Assembly (NCBI GenBank): GCA_963710755.1
Contig: CAVQBK010000006.1
Location: forward strand, 1 to 64,000
DNA length: 64,000 bases
Source of the DNA: an uncultured bacterium
GTDB lineage: Bacteria > Oederibacteriota > JAAXVQ01 > JAUVAV01
Direction of reading: 5' to 3'
Position 1 is the first letter of the stretch; every line of letters begins with the position of its first letter. The position numbers and the translations under genes were made by a program. This document shows, piece by piece, positions 46,316-57,126 of this stretch. The notes beneath the pieces were generated by a model. The model did not search any database, was not told where the DNA came from, and saw nothing but the letters and a program-made list of their open reading frames with translations.

Positions 46316-47308
46316 TTACCATTTAATAATAAGGGATCCCCAGGTCAGGCCTGCCCCAAAAGCCACCAGGGCGATAGTCATGTCTTTTTTAATTCGTCCA
46401 GATTGCTTGGCTTCGGCCAAGGCAATAGGCACGGAGGCGGCCGAGGTGTTGCTGTAACGGTCGATGTTCACCACCACTTTATCCATAGGCAGATTAAACC
46501 GTTTGGCGGAAGACTGGATAATGCGGATATTGGCTTGATGAGGGATTAACAAATCCAGATCACTATCCTGCAGGCCGGCTTTCTTTAAAGCTTCACTAAC
46601 GGTTTCGCCCACAATTTTAATGGCGAATCTGTAAATTTCAGGTCCGTTCATTTTCATATAGTGTAATTTTTGATCAATGGTTTCATGAGTGGTCGGTGTT
46701 CTGGATCCCCCGGCGGGAATCATCAACTCTTCCAAGCCTTCGCTATTGGCACCCAGTACCGAAGACAGGATCTCCCCTTGCGGACTGTCGTTGGTCAACA
46801 CCACTGCTCCGGCACCATCCCCCATCAGTACGCTGGTGGAACGATCATCCCAGTCCAGCAAACTGGAAAACTTTTCCGTGGCCACGACCAAAACCTTGTT
46901 GGCTTGGCCTGAGGCCACCATCTGGGCACCTGTGATCATGGCATAGACAAAGCCAGAACAAACGGCGCTGAGATCGCAAGCCCCGGCGTTGACCGCGCCG
47001 ATTTTATCCTGGATCAGACAAGCCGTGGCGGGAAATACCATATCGGGAGAGGCGGTGGCGGTCAGGACCAGATCGATCTCCGCGGCAGGGATACCGGCAT
47101 CGTCCAAAGCTCGCTTGGCGGCAATGACACCCAGATCGGAAGCCGCCTGGTCCGGGCCGGCAATTCGCCTTTCCTTGATTCCCGTTCTGCTCTGGATCCA
47201 TTCATCGGAAGTATCCATTTTTTTAGCCAACTCGTCATTGGTCACCACCTGCTCGGGCACATAGAACCCCACACCGGCGATCCCGACTTTTTGTTTCTGC
47301 CTCAACAC
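46316..47308 (-). CDS. fabH: Beta-ketoacyl-ACP synthase III
   Basis: DTSDEWI...RTGI, AVCSGF, HQANIRI, NTSAAS and FGAGLTWG. Confidence 0.97.
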   Translation of the reverse strand: MLRQKQKVGIAGVGFYVPEQVVTNDELAKKMDTSDEWIQSRTGIKERRIAGPDQAASDLGVIAAKRALDDAGIPAAEIDLVLTATASPDMVFPATACLIQDKIGAVNAGACDLSAVCSGFVYAMITGAQMVASGQANKVLVVATEKFSSLLDWDDRSTSVLMGDGAGAVVLTNDSPQGEILSSVLGANSEGLEELMIPAGGSRTPTTHETIDQKLHYMKMNGPEIYRFAIKIVGETVSEALKKAGLQDSDLDLLIPHQANIRIIQSSAKRFNLPMDKVVVNIDRYSNTSAASVPIALAEAKQSGRIKKDMTIALVAFGAGLTWGSLIIKW

Positions 47309-48321
47309 TCTGCCACTCCATTCTCAACCAAAGAGGCTTCTATTTTATGATTAATATTCACTTCTGCGAAACGAGCTGTTTGTAATAGAGCGTTTTTAAT
47401 GGCCTTGCTGTTGGACTTGCCGTGACCAATCAAGGAAATACCATTTACCCCCAACAAAGGGGCCCCACCGTATTCCTTATAATCCATTTTACGATAGATA
47501 CGTCGCATAATGGGCATCATGGCCGCCGCGGCTATTTTGTTGAGCCATCCGCTTCTCATCATTTCCCGCTTCAAAATATCACCAAAAAACCGGAAAGAGC
47601 CCTCGGCGAATTTAAGGGTGATATTGCCAATAAACCCGTCACAGACCACCACATCGGCTTTGCCGGTCATGACATCCTGCCCCTCAATATTACCTATATA
47701 ATTTATGTTTTTAAGATTTTTAAAAATTTCCTGGCTTTCACGAATTAATTCATTGCCCTTGGATTCTTCCTCCCCCACGGACAATAAACCAACTTTGGGA
47801 TTATCGGTTTTGACGATATGCTGGACAAAAAGAGAACCCATCACTGCAAATTGAGCCAGCATCTTGGGTTTGCTATCTACATTGGCCCCCGCATCCAATA
47901 AAGAAGTGCCGGTACCGTCGTTCAGGGATGGAAAATTAATCAACAGCGCCGGCCGAATAACGCCGGGGATTCTGCCCAAAGTCAACAAAGACACACCCAT
48001 GGCTGCGCCTGTATTGCCGGCTGTAAAAACCGCCTGGGCCTCTCCCTCTTTCACTAATTGATTGGCAAGATGCAAGGAGGAATTCCGCTTCTTCCTGGCC
48101 GCGGTAGCGGGAGAGTCATCCATCTGGATTACATCGGGAGCATGAACAACTTTAATGATCTCGGGGTTGTATTTTTGTTTGCCTAGTTCGGCTTTCAAAA
48201 CTGTTTCGTCACCCACTAATAAAACAGTTAGGTCATCATTTTCACGAGTGGCATCAATAGCCCCAATCACATTAGTCAAGGGACCTTTGTCGCCACCCAT
48301 GGCATCCAGTGCAACTCTCAC
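47302..48321 (-). CDS. plsX: Phosphate acyltransferase
   Basis: ALDAMGGD, GNTGA, DAGAN, GEEESKG, DGFIGN and GGAPLLG. Confidence 0.97.
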   Translation of the reverse strand: MRVALDAMGGDKGPLTNVIGAIDATRENDDLTVLLVGDETVLKAELGKQKYNPEIIKVVHAPDVIQMDDSPATAARKKRNSSLHLANQLVKEGEAQAVFTAGNTGAAMGVSLLTLGRIPGVIRPALLINFPSLNDGTGTSLLDAGANVDSKPKMLAQFAVMGSLFVQHIVKTDNPKVGLLSVGEEESKGNELIRESQEIFKNLKNINYIGNIEGQDVMTGKADVVVCDGFIGNITLKFAEGSFRFFGDILKREMMRSGWLNKIAAAAMMPIMRRIYRKMDYKEYGGAPLLGVNGISLIGHGKSNSKAIKNALLQTARFAEVNINHKIEASLVENGVAEC

Positions 48322-48341
48322 CTCACGGCACCTCTCAGTAA

Positions 48342-48524
48342 TTATTCGTTGTCGGTGTTGATAATTTCCTTACCTCGATAATAACCGCAATTCGGGCACA
48401 AACGGTGGGGTTGTTTGGGTTGATGGCACTGGGCACACAGCGCCATACTGACATTTTCAATTTTCCAATTGGCGCGATGACTGTGGGTACGCGCTTTAGA
48501 CCATTTTCTTTTCGGATTGGGCAT
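48342..48524 (-). CDS. rpmF: 50S ribosomal protein L32
   Basis: MPNPKRKWS...CAQC...PHRLCPNCGYY; canonical yceD-rpmF-plsX order. Confidence 0.95.
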   Translation of the reverse strand: MPNPKRKWSKARTHSHRANWKIENVSMALCAQCHQPKQPHRLCPNCGYYRGKEIINTDNE

Positions 48525-48558
48525 TTTATTTTGTTCCTCCTGCAATAATCCCGTTGCT

Positions 48559-49086
48559 TTATTTTTTTTCAAACGGCCAGTTTTTCAAAGCCGAAAAAGG
48601 TGTCGCCCGGACGCTGGGGGAACAGCGGCAGGAACCACGATTCAACTCAGCACCGCAGTGCGAACAAAGCCCTTTGCATGCCTCCGTACAGAGCGGTCTC
48701 ATGGGCAGAGCTAATAAAAGGGCGCTGCGAATTTCCGGTATCAGGTCCAATTGGTCTCCCGGGCAAATAATCAATCCGGGATCTTGATCCTGGACGGACT
48801 CCTCTCGCGAATGCTTGAACTCCGGGGGCGTCGGCTGAATAATAAACAACAGCTCTGCGCTCAGGTCATGGCTAAATTCCGTCAAACATCGGCTGCACGA
48901 CAACTCCACTTGCGTTGTTGCCCGGCCGCGAATCACCACTTGTTCGCCGGTACGATAGAGCTCCAGATCAATCATCACCGGGTGGTCAAAGATCTCTTCC
49001 TCAGGAAGATTGAAGAAATGGCCCGCAAGTTCTGTTCTGAAAAACTGGGAATCGTTTTTTATGGAATTCAGATTGATGGTCAGCAT
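48559..49086 (-). CDS. YceD/DUF177 family protein
   Basis: CSRCL, LALPMRPLCTEACKGLCSHCG and PFSALK. The start could be 49113. Confidence 0.92.
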   Translation of the reverse strand: MLTINLNSIKNDSQFFRTELAGHFFNLPEEEIFDHPVMIDLELYRTGEQVVIRGRATTQVELSCSRCLTEFSHDLSAELLFIIQPTPPEFKHSREESVQDQDPGLIICPGDQLDLIPEIRSALLLALPMRPLCTEACKGLCSHCGAELNRGSCRCSPSVRATPFSALKNWPFEKK

Positions 49087-49291
49087 CTTTTGCAACCATT
49101 TTCCAGTAGCCAAGCGTCCAGCTCAGCGTTGCCAAAAGCATTTAAATAGGCAACTTATTAAAAAAACTCAAAAAGAGGTGCAATTATAGCCACCCACCTT
49201 GGGGTTGTCAATCATAAAACGGCAATAACTGTGGCCCTGGACACTCATTTCCAACCGGGCCCTATAGCACCCCGTCACAGGATACATTTTT

Positions 49292-49678
49292 TTATTTTTG
49301 CGGATTTGCCGTATCCGTCTGGCCGGCAGCATTGTCGGCCGCACTGCCGGGATTGGATTGTGTCGATTGATCAGGCAACTTTTCCGGGACAGCTTGATTG
49401 TTTTCCGTAGGTAATTGTTGCATAACGCCCCGGTAATTTTTCACGCTCTTGGAGGACATTACGGACAGCGTGATGGAGGTCACCATAAATCCAATGGCCA
49501 ATCCTGCGGTAACACGGGCAAAGAAGTTCTTACCTCCTGATGACCCAAACACCGTCTGGGAGGCTCCGCCCCCGAAGGAAAATCCGGCGCTGGCACCTTT
49601 CCCTGCCTGAAGTAATACCACAACAATCAGCACCACGCAAATAATAACATGGAGCACCCATAATAGATCTAGCAGCAT
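49292..49678 (-). CDS. secG: Preprotein translocase subunit SecG
   Basis: VVLLQAGKG...FGGG...FGSSG followed by a second TM helix; downstream of tpiA. Confidence 0.93.
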   Translation of the reverse strand: MLLDLLWVLHVIICVVLIVVVLLQAGKGASAGFSFGGGASQTVFGSSGGKNFFARVTAGLAIGFMVTSITLSVMSSKSVKNYRGVMQQLPTENNQAVPEKLPDQSTQSNPGSAADNAAGQTDTANPQK

Positions 49679-49890
49679 GCTCGTCCTCCCTTGAAATTTT
49701 AATACGTCTTCGCCAATTCCCCGCATTTCGAAACGGTGTCACAACGCACCGAAACTCATACCACTTCCCCCTCTTTTCTATTTTCAGGAGGTAGGGTGAT
49801 GGTTATCCGGCATTTTTTCAATTACGACATAATCGCTTATTGCGGAATATTTTTGTCCCTTCCGGGCCAACCACCTGAAGCTGATCAGGG

Positions 49891-50646
49891 TCAGGCTTTA
49901 AAGTTGACCAAGGCTGCGAAGGAATCCGCTTTTAAACTGGCGCCTCCCACCAAGGCCCCGTCGATATCTTCCTTGGACATCAATTCCTTGACATTATCCG
50001 GCTTGACACTGCCACCGTATTGAATTCTGATTACGTCGGCTGTTGCTTTTCCGGCCAGTTGACCCAGTTGAGCCCGAATGAAAGCATGTACTTCCTGGGC
50101 TTGTTCCGGGGTGGCGGTTTTGCCGGTACCGATGGCCCATACCGGTTCGTAGGCAATAATAATTTTCGCAAAATCCTCGTCACTCAGGCCAGTCAATCCA
50201 CCCCTTAATTGGCTGCCAACCACAGCCTCCACTTTGCCCGCTTCTCGTTCTTCCAGAGTCTCCCCCACACAGACAATTGGCACCAGGCCTGCAGCCAGGG
50301 CGGCTTTGAGTTTTTTATTAACCGTTTCATCGGTTTCCCCGAAATACTGCCGCCGTTCGGAATGACCAATGATAACATAAGTACAGCCCGCATCCTTTAA
50401 TAAACTCGAAGAAACTTCGCCGGTAAACGCACCGGATTCTTCCCAAAAGACATTTTGCGCACCCAGTTTCACTTGGCTGCCGGTCAGGACCTGGCCTACA
50501 GTTTCCAGTGCCGTATACACCGGGCATAAAACAATATCCACGCCTTGGCTGTCTTGGGTCTGTTCCACAATGCCTTTGGCCAAGGCCTGGGCTTCCATTC
50601 TGGTTTTATTGAGTTTCCAATTTCCTGCTATGATCGGGGTGCGCAT
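49891..50646 (-). CDS. tpiA: Triosephosphate isomerase
   Basis: [27 protein letters not shown] and LVGGASL. Confidence 0.98.
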   Translation of the reverse strand: MRTPIIAGNWKLNKTRMEAQALAKGIVEQTQDSQGVDIVLCPVYTALETVGQVLTGSQVKLGAQNVFWEESGAFTGEVSSSLLKDAGCTYVIIGHSERRQYFGETDETVNKKLKAALAAGLVPIVCVGETLEEREAGKVEAVVGSQLRGGLTGLSDEDFAKIIIAYEPVWAIGTGKTATPEQAQEVHAFIRAQLGQLAGKATADVIRIQYGGSVKPDNVKELMSKEDIDGALVGGASLKADSFAALVNFKA

Positions 50647-50670
50647 GACGGGTCATCCTTTCAAATAAAA

Positions 50671-51864
50671 TTATTTATTGGTTAGGGCTTCCACCCCGGG
50701 CAGCACTTTGCCTTCCAAAAATTCCAGCGAGGCGCCGCCGCCGGTAGACACATGGCTCATTTTGTCTGCCATTCCCATTTGGGTAACCGCCGCCACGGAA
50801 TCGCCTCCGCCCACAATGGTGGTGGCCTGCGATTCGGACAGCACCTTGGCAATAGCCAAGGTCCCTTTAGCAAAGGGTTCCATCTCAAACACCCCCATGG
50901 GGCCGTTCCACACAATGGTTTTGGCGGGGCGCAGGGCAGCGGAAAATTTTTCAATAGTATAAGGGCCGATATCCATGCCTTCCCAGCCCTCCTCAATCGT
51001 ACCGCGGGCTACATGCTTGATATTAGCAGTGGCACTAAAATCATCGGCTACGATATGGTCAATAGGCAGCAGGAAGGTTTTGCTCAACTCTAAAGCCTGC
51101 TTCAAAATTTCTCGGGCCGTGGGTACCAAGTCATCCTCGCAGAGGGATTTGCCGATGCCAACACCCTTGGCTTTCAAAAAAGTATAAGCCATGCCCCCGC
51201 CGATGATCAAGCCATCCACCTTGGGCAGTAAATTTTTAATTACTTCCAATTTGCCCGAGACCTTGGCTCCGCCCAAAATAGCCACAAAGGGTCTGGCTGG
51301 ATCGGAGATGGCCTGACCCAAATAATCAATTTCCTTTTCCATTAAAAAGCCGGCGGCCGCCTGCTTAACCAGATGGGCTACGCCTTCCGTGGAACAATGA
51401 GCGCGATGAGCTGATCCAAAAGCGTCATTGACATATAGGTCGGCCAAAGCCGCCAGTTGTTTGGAAAATTCCGGGTCATTCTTGGTCTCCCCTTTGACAA
51501 AGCGGACATTTTCCAACATCATCACATCACCACTTTGTAATTTTCCGGCCATGGCGGTAACCTGTTCCCCTATAACTTCGGGAGCCATTTTAACGTCACA
51601 ATGGAGGAGTTCACCCAAGCGCTTGGCTACAGGTGCCAGAGAATAGTTTTCCTTATCCGAGGGGTCGCCTTTGGGTCTTCCCAGATGAGAGCAGAGGATC
51701 AACTTGGCGCCCGCCTCGTGCAAATAACTTATGGTCTGGAGCGCCTTTTGAATCCTGGTATCATCGGTGATGTTGTGATTGTCATCCATAGGCACATTGA
51801 AATCCACCCGTACCAACACCCGCTGGTCTTTCACTTGCAAATCTTTAACTGTTAACTTGTTCAT
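50671..51864 (-). CDS. pgk: Phosphoglycerate kinase
   Basis: RVDFNVP, SHLGRP, NDAFG, GGAKVSGK, WNGPMG and STGGGASLE. Start placed at MNKLT. Confidence 0.98.
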   Translation of the reverse strand: MNKLTVKDLQVKDQRVLVRVDFNVPMDDNHNITDDTRIQKALQTISYLHEAGAKLILCSHLGRPKGDPSDKENYSLAPVAKRLGELLHCDVKMAPEVIGEQVTAMAGKLQSGDVMMLENVRFVKGETKNDPEFSKQLAALADLYVNDAFGSAHRAHCSTEGVAHLVKQAAAGFLMEKEIDYLGQAISDPARPFVAILGGAKVSGKLEVIKNLLPKVDGLIIGGGMAYTFLKAKGVGIGKSLCEDDLVPTAREILKQALELSKTFLLPIDHIVADDFSATANIKHVARGTIEEGWEGMDIGPYTIEKFSAALRPAKTIVWNGPMGVFEMEPFAKGTLAIAKVLSESQATTIVGGGDSVAAVTQMGMADKMSHVSTGGGASLEFLEGKVLPGVEALTNK

Positions 51865-51952
51865 AGGAGCCCCCCTCTTGAAGAGCATGGTTGATTGCAA
51901 AACAATAGCGCGATACGTTAAATGCTGATTCGGTACTACCGTTCATAACAAA

Positions 51953-51986
51953 GGCAGCGGGAACGGTATTGACCACCCCCGCTGCC
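51953..51986 (-). terminator. Hairpin between gap and pgk (partial terminator or mRNA stabiliser)
   Basis: GGCAGCGGG...CCCGCTGCC stem followed by TTTGTT on the minus strand. Confidence 0.5.
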
Positions 51987-52009
51987 CTGCCATGTTAAAA
52001 ATTCCTGAT

Positions 52010-53002
52010 TTATTTCGTGATGAGTTTCATTAAATCCACTACGCGGTTGGAATAACCCCACTCATTATCATACCAAGCCATAACCTTAACTAAATCGTTG
52101 ATGACATAAGTAGAAGCGGCATCGACGATGGAGGAAGCAGGATTACCGTTGAAATCACGGGACACCAACGGTTCATCAGAATACTTCAAGTAAGGATTGG
52201 AGGCCGTGGCTTCCTTCATAAAAGCGTTAACTTCCTCTTTGGTGGTCGCTTTTTCAACTTTGACAACCAGATCCACCAAGGAAACATTGGGGGTAGGCAC
52301 ACGGATAGCCAAGCCATCCAATTTACCTTTCAGTTCAGGAATCACCAAGCCAATGGCTTTCGCAGCACCGGTGGTGGTTGGAATCATGGACATGGCCGCA
52401 GCCCGGGCCCGGCGCAGATCCTTGTGCGGGGCATCCAGAATGACCTGGTCATTGGTATAGGAATGAATAGTGGTCATCATGCCTGAAATAATACCCAATT
52501 TTTCTTTCAACACCTTGGCCACCGGGGCCAAGCAGTTGGTGGTGCAGGAGGCGTTGGATACAACATGATGTTTGCTGCTGTCAAATTGGTTGTCATTGAC
52601 CCCCATGACAATGGTAATGTCCTCATTTTTAGCAGGCGCACTGATAATAACTTTCTTGGCACCGGCAGTAATGTGGGCTTTGGCTTTGGTAGCATCGGTA
52701 AAACGACCGGTGGATTCCACCACCACTTCAACCCCCATGCTGCCCCAAGGCAGTTTTTCCGGATCTCTTTCGGCCACCACTTTAACACTTTTGCCGTCGA
52801 TAACGATTTCGCCGTCACCGGCTTTTACCTCTCCGGGATAGACGCCAAAGACCGAATCATATTTAAACAAGTGGGCCAAAGTGGCGGCATCGGTCAAGTC
52901 GTTAACCGCCACCACATCCACGTCCGCCTTGCTGGTTAAAATGGCCCGCATTACACCCCGGCCAATACGCCCGAATCCATTAATGCCTGCTTTAATGCTC
53001 AT
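52010..53002 (-). CDS. gap: Type I glyceraldehyde-3-phosphate dehydrogenase
   Basis: [19 protein letters not shown] and WYDNEWGY. Confidence 0.98.
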   Translation of the reverse strand: MSIKAGINGFGRIGRGVMRAILTSKADVDVVAVNDLTDAATLAHLFKYDSVFGVYPGEVKAGDGEIVIDGKSVKVVAERDPEKLPWGSMGVEVVVESTGRFTDATKAKAHITAGAKKVIISAPAKNEDITIVMGVNDNQFDSSKHHVVSNASCTTNCLAPVAKVLKEKLGIISGMMTTIHSYTNDQVILDAPHKDLRRARAAAMSMIPTTTGAAKAIGLVIPELKGKLDGLAIRVPTPNVSLVDLVVKVEKATTKEEVNAFMKEATASNPYLKYSDEPLVSRDFNGNPASSIVDAASTYVINDLVKVMAWYDNEWGYSNRVVDLMKLITK

Positions 53003-53132
53003 TTTTATATATCCTCCTTTTGATTTCCTGGTGTTTATTATATTAAATAAACGGCGGGTATTTTGTCATATGCCGATTTATTCGTCAATCACTTTTTAAA
53101 TTTCAGCATGGTTTTTTCAGGAAAAATCAGGA

Positions 53133-54107
53133 CTAGATCCATTTTCTCTTTTTCAGAAAGATGATCATGCCCGAAATGGCCACCACCAACAAACCCATTA
53201 CAAAGTAATAGCCCTTGATCCCCCAGGTAAACTCCGGCATTTTAACATTCATACCGTAAAAACTGGTGATCAACGTCATCGGCATCATGATGGTGGTGAT
53301 GATGGTCAGGGTTTTCATAATGGCGTTCAGACGGTGGGACACCATGGACAAATAAGCATCCATAGTGGAATTAAGAATATCACGGTAGGTGTCCAGCAAG
53401 TTACTGACGCGTTCAATATGGTCATAAACATCGCGAAAATAAGCCCCCAGGGATCGCTTGATCAAGGGGTTGTTGGCCCGGCCTAAAATCCCCACAATGC
53501 GCCGCTGGGGCACAATAAAATTGCGCATGGTCAGAATGCTTTTTTTAAGATCCACAATGGTTTCCAGGAGCTGCTCATCGGCACCGGCCAATACCTGATC
53601 TTCCACATTTTCTACATCATTTTCCAATTGATCCATCACTGGAAAATAACCGTCCACCACATTGTCGATGATGGCATGCAGTAAAAAACCGGGTCCCTGC
53701 TGCATGGATTGTAACTTGTTGTTTAAACACATCTGGAACAAACGGGATACAGAAGGCAAAGGATCGGTGTGAATGGTTAGAACATAATTTTTCCCCAGGA
53801 AAATATTAACTTCCCTGGCTTTAATCTCCTGGTCCTTGTTGCGGGGATAACTCATTTCATGAACAACGACAAAGAGGTAATCCGTATAATCATCGATTTT
53901 GGGCTGATTCTGCGGAAATATGGCATCTTCAATAGCCAGTTGGTGGAATTTAAAAATATCCACCATAAGGTCGATGTCATCTTCGGAAGGATTGGTAATG
54001 TCCACCCAAAGCAGATTGCTGCTGTTTTTCAACAAGGGGACAATCTTTTTAGGCTGGTCTATTTTCACCAGCCCTTTTTCTTTATTATAATTCAACGCTT
54101 GCAGCAT
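53133..54107 (-). CDS. corA: Magnesium/cobalt transporter CorA
   Basis: LWVDI, HQLAIED, YFRDVYDH and the YGMN signature, followed by two C-terminal TM helices. Confidence 0.95.
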   Translation of the reverse strand: MLQALNYNKEKGLVKIDQPKKIVPLLKNSSNLLWVDITNPSEDDIDLMVDIFKFHQLAIEDAIFPQNQPKIDDYTDYLFVVVHEMSYPRNKDQEIKAREVNIFLGKNYVLTIHTDPLPSVSRLFQMCLNNKLQSMQQGPGFLLHAIIDNVVDGYFPVMDQLENDVENVEDQVLAGADEQLLETIVDLKKSILTMRNFIVPQRRIVGILGRANNPLIKRSLGAYFRDVYDHIERVSNLLDTYRDILNSTMDAYLSMVSHRLNAIMKTLTIITTIMMPMTLITSFYGMNVKMPEFTWGIKGYYFVMGLLVVAISGMIIFLKKRKWI

Positions 54108-54140
54108 GGCCGACGCTCTCCAATCCTCCCTGGGAGGATT

Positions 54141-54503
54141 TTAGTATTCATTCACCTTGGGGGTTTTTTCCTGCGCCGCCTGACAATTAATGCACAGTTT
54201 GGCAAAAGGCAAAGCTTCCAAACGGGGAACGGCAATCAAGCCGCCACAAGACTCGCATTTGCCGTAGGAGCCGTCCTCGATCCTATCCAAAGCATCTTCC
54301 ACATGTTTGAGTTTCAAGCGATCTGATTCGGAAAGACCGATGGCCAATTCCCGTTCATAATATTCAGTGGCAATATCCACCGAATCACGTACCTCATCAT
54401 TTTTTTCCTGAATATTAGAATCATTATTTTTTACGTTTCTGAGTAAATCATCCTTATACTGAAGCAATTGTTTCTTGAGAACGTCCATTTGTTTCTTGCG
54501 CAT
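54141..54503 (-). CDS. dksA: DksA/TraR family C4 zinc-finger protein
   Basis: DSVDIA (DxxDxA) coiled-coil tip; YGKCESC...RLEALP...CINC. Confidence 0.85.
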   Translation of the reverse strand: MRKKQMDVLKKQLLQYKDDLLRNVKNNDSNIQEKNDEVRDSVDIATEYYERELAIGLSESDRLKLKHVEDALDRIEDGSYGKCESCGGLIAVPRLEALPFAKLCINCQAAQEKTPKVNEY

Positions 54504-54645
54504 GGTTAAGCACCAACCTTAGCTAGTTTTCCCAGGCCTCACCCTGGTTTTGTGGTCTAACATATTCCCTGCCGCCACTGCGGCGAGAGAGACATTATCG
54601 CGACTTTGTTCTATTAAATTGCCCCCCACCTTGCGGATGGGTAAT

Positions 54646-56109
54646 CTAATTTTCGTCCACAACTTTGATGGTCTTCAGCTCCACATCGGAATTCCCCTGG
54701 ATTCTATTACCTTGATGGTAAAGGTCTTTTAGGTAGTGGACAATCTCCTTAGTTAGACGTTCACCAGGATTTAATACAGGAATGCCCGGCGGATAAGGCG
54801 AAAATGTTTCAGCACTAATCATGCCCACAGCACTGTCAATGGCCATGGCTTTGGTCTTGGAGAAAACCGCTTCCCTGGGCGACATCACCAATTCCGGCAA
54901 CTCCATGGGGAAGGAACTAATTTTGTAGCCATTCTGTCTTTTATGGATAGCCGGAACAATTTGTTCCAGAGCTTTAATCAGCCGGGAGATGTCTTTAATA
55001 CGATTACCCACTGAAACGATTAATAATATCGTATCACTATTGGCGAATTCAACCTGTATTTTAAATTTTTGATTCAAGATTCTGGCCACTTCATAGCCCG
55101 TGGTTTCCAGCGCCCCAAAAGAGATCACCAATTTCGTTGGATCTAAATCATCGGCGCCCTCTTGATTGAGCAATTCCCTGCCAAAACAGCGCAGGCCGTC
55201 AATAGCATTAATTTTCTTTCTGGCTTTTTGGGCCAAGGCAATGGTGGTATCCAGCAGTTCTTTGCCGCGCGTGGCCATCTGCATGCGGGCCACATCCAAT
55301 GAGGCCATAAGAATATAGGAAGGACTGGTGGTCATGAGCAGATTCAACACGCGCTTGAGTCGGAGAATGTCGACCGTCTTCCTGGCCAGGAGCATGGAGG
55401 CTTGCGTCATGCTGCTGATAATTTTATGGCTGCTTTGGACGCACAAGTCGGCATCGCACGACATGGCATCAGCCGGCAGGTCAGGATGAAAGTGCAGATG
55501 GGGCCCATGAGCCTCGTCCACCAGGAACAGCATCCCCGCTGCATGAGCCAATTGGGCGATGGCCTTGGTATTGGCGGTGACACCGGCATAAGTCGGACTC
55601 GTTACCAGCACGGCTTTGGCATCGTTATGTTGAGCAATGGCCGAGCGCACCGCGGCAACGGAAATGTTGAGCCACTGCCCGGTTTTGGTATCTTGCTCGG
55701 GCACCACGTAAACCGGCACAGCCCCCGATAAAATAATGCCGGCCAAAACCGATTGATGGGCATTGCGCGGCACAATAATCTTGTCCCCCGGATTGCAGGC
55801 GGTCAACACCATGGCCTGGTTGCCGCCGGAAGTGCCGTTGACCAGAAAATAGGCATAATCCGCACCATAAGCATGCGCGGCCAGACGCTGGGCCTCCTTG
55901 ATCACACCCCGGGGATCATGCAGGGAGTCCACTTCTTCCAATAGGGTAAGGTCACAATCAAAAATGTGTTCCCCTACGAAATTTATGAATTCCTGAGGGA
56001 TGGAAACCCCATGCTTATGCCCGGGCGTGTGAAAGGATATTTTCTGCTCCTTGGCATAATTAATAACTGCTGCAAACAAGGGGGTGACTTGCTGTTCGGT
56101 AAGGTCCAT
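54646..56109 (-). CDS. Orn/Lys/Arg decarboxylase (PLP fold I; probably arginine decarboxylase)
   Basis: FHTPGHK, LVNGTS, RNAHQS, VDEAHG, QSSHK, TTSPSY and PYPPGIP; lies in an operon with speD and speE. Confidence 0.9.
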   Translation of the reverse strand: MDLTEQQVTPLFAAVINYAKEQKISFHTPGHKHGVSIPQEFINFVGEHIFDCDLTLLEEVDSLHDPRGVIKEAQRLAAHAYGADYAYFLVNGTSGGNQAMVLTACNPGDKIIVPRNAHQSVLAGIILSGAVPVYVVPEQDTKTGQWLNISVAAVRSAIAQHNDAKAVLVTSPTYAGVTANTKAIAQLAHAAGMLFLVDEAHGPHLHFHPDLPADAMSCDADLCVQSSHKIISSMTQASMLLARKTVDILRLKRVLNLLMTTSPSYILMASLDVARMQMATRGKELLDTTIALAQKARKKINAIDGLRCFGRELLNQEGADDLDPTKLVISFGALETTGYEVARILNQKFKIQVEFANSDTILLIVSVGNRIKDISRLIKALEQIVPAIHKRQNGYKISSFPMELPELVMSPREAVFSKTKAMAIDSAVGMISAETFSPYPPGIPVLNPGERLTKEIVHYLKDLYHQGNRIQGNSDVELKTIKVVDEN

Positions 56110-56133
56110 CTTTTTTACCCTCACGGTTAATGG

Positions 56134-57048
56134 TTATAAAGGCGTAAACAGGGGATGATCATCCAGGATCACCCTGCCCTGCATGGCCAACATGGTACGC
56201 AAGGCTTTGGTCATATGAAACAAACCTGCATGCGTCTCGCCGTCATAAGCTTTCAATACTTCCCGGAGTTCTCCCAAGCGCTCATTGATGTGTGCGGCTG
56301 AGGCCTTCATGGGATCGGCCTCGTCAGAAGCCATCAAAATTCCCCAGGGCATGTCAAATGAAGGGATCGCCACTTCAAAGCCATGCACCTGTGCGAACAC
56401 GGTTGCCAGGGTATGATAAATGCTGGCCATGATCCGGCCATCCACAATACTGCTGGTCCCGGCCTGCACGGCCACGATTCCGCCGGGATTTAACCGCCGG
56501 CGCACGAGCCGGTAAAATTGCTGGGTATAGAGTAAATAAGCAGGCCCCTCATCGCCCGGATCGGAAATGTCCAGAATAATGACATCGTAGCGCTTATCGT
56601 GCTGTTCCAAGTGACGCCTGCCATCGGCTACGATCAACCGAACCCGGGGATCATCAAACGCACCTTGATGCCATTGCTGCAAATGGGTTTTGGCAAAGTT
56701 CAAAACTTCCCCGTCGATTTCGATCATATCACAGCTTTCCACAACGGGATGTTTAAGCACCTCGCGCAACGTGGCCCCTTCGCCGCCGCCCACAATCAGG
56801 ACGTTCCGGGGTAAACGGTGCGTGCACAGGGCCGGATGCACCAGCATCTCATGGTAAAGGAATTCATCTTTTTCACTGGATTGCATCATGCCATCGAGCA
56901 ACAAACAGCGGCCATATTCATGGGTATCCACAATCGCCAGCTGCTGAAAGGCGGTCTGAACCGTGACCAGCACTTGCTTGAAGCCATGCAAATGGCCCTC
57001 ATGCTTAGTATACATTTCCACAAAAAAGTCTTTTTTATAAATTTCCAT
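56134..57048 (-). CDS. speE: Polyamine aminopropyltransferase
   Basis: LLLDG...DEFLYHEMLVHP, VGGGEGATLRE, EIDGEV, DISDP and LYTQQFY. Confidence 0.95.
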   Translation of the reverse strand: MEIYKKDFFVEMYTKHEGHLHGFKQVLVTVQTAFQQLAIVDTHEYGRCLLLDGMMQSSEKDEFLYHEMLVHPALCTHRLPRNVLIVGGGEGATLREVLKHPVVESCDMIEIDGEVLNFAKTHLQQWHQGAFDDPRVRLIVADGRRHLEQHDKRYDVIILDISDPGDEGPAYLLYTQQFYRLVRRRLNPGGIVAVQAGTSSIVDGRIMASIYHTLATVFAQVHGFEVAIPSFDMPWGILMASDEADPMKASAAHINERLGELREVLKAYDGETHAGLFHMTKALRTMLAMQGRVILDDHPLFTPL

Positions 57049-57063
57049 AATTGCCCTTCATCT

Positions 57064-57107
57064 AAAAAAAAGAATGCAGAATTCATCCCTCGGAATTCTG
57101 CATTCTT
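57064..57107 (-). terminator. Intrinsic-terminator-like hairpin between speD and speE
   Basis: AAGAATGCAGAATTC...GAATTCTGCATTCTT, 15-bp stem running into a T8 tract on the minus strand. Confidence 0.7.
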
Positions 57108-57126
57108 CATTTAACCATCCATCAGT

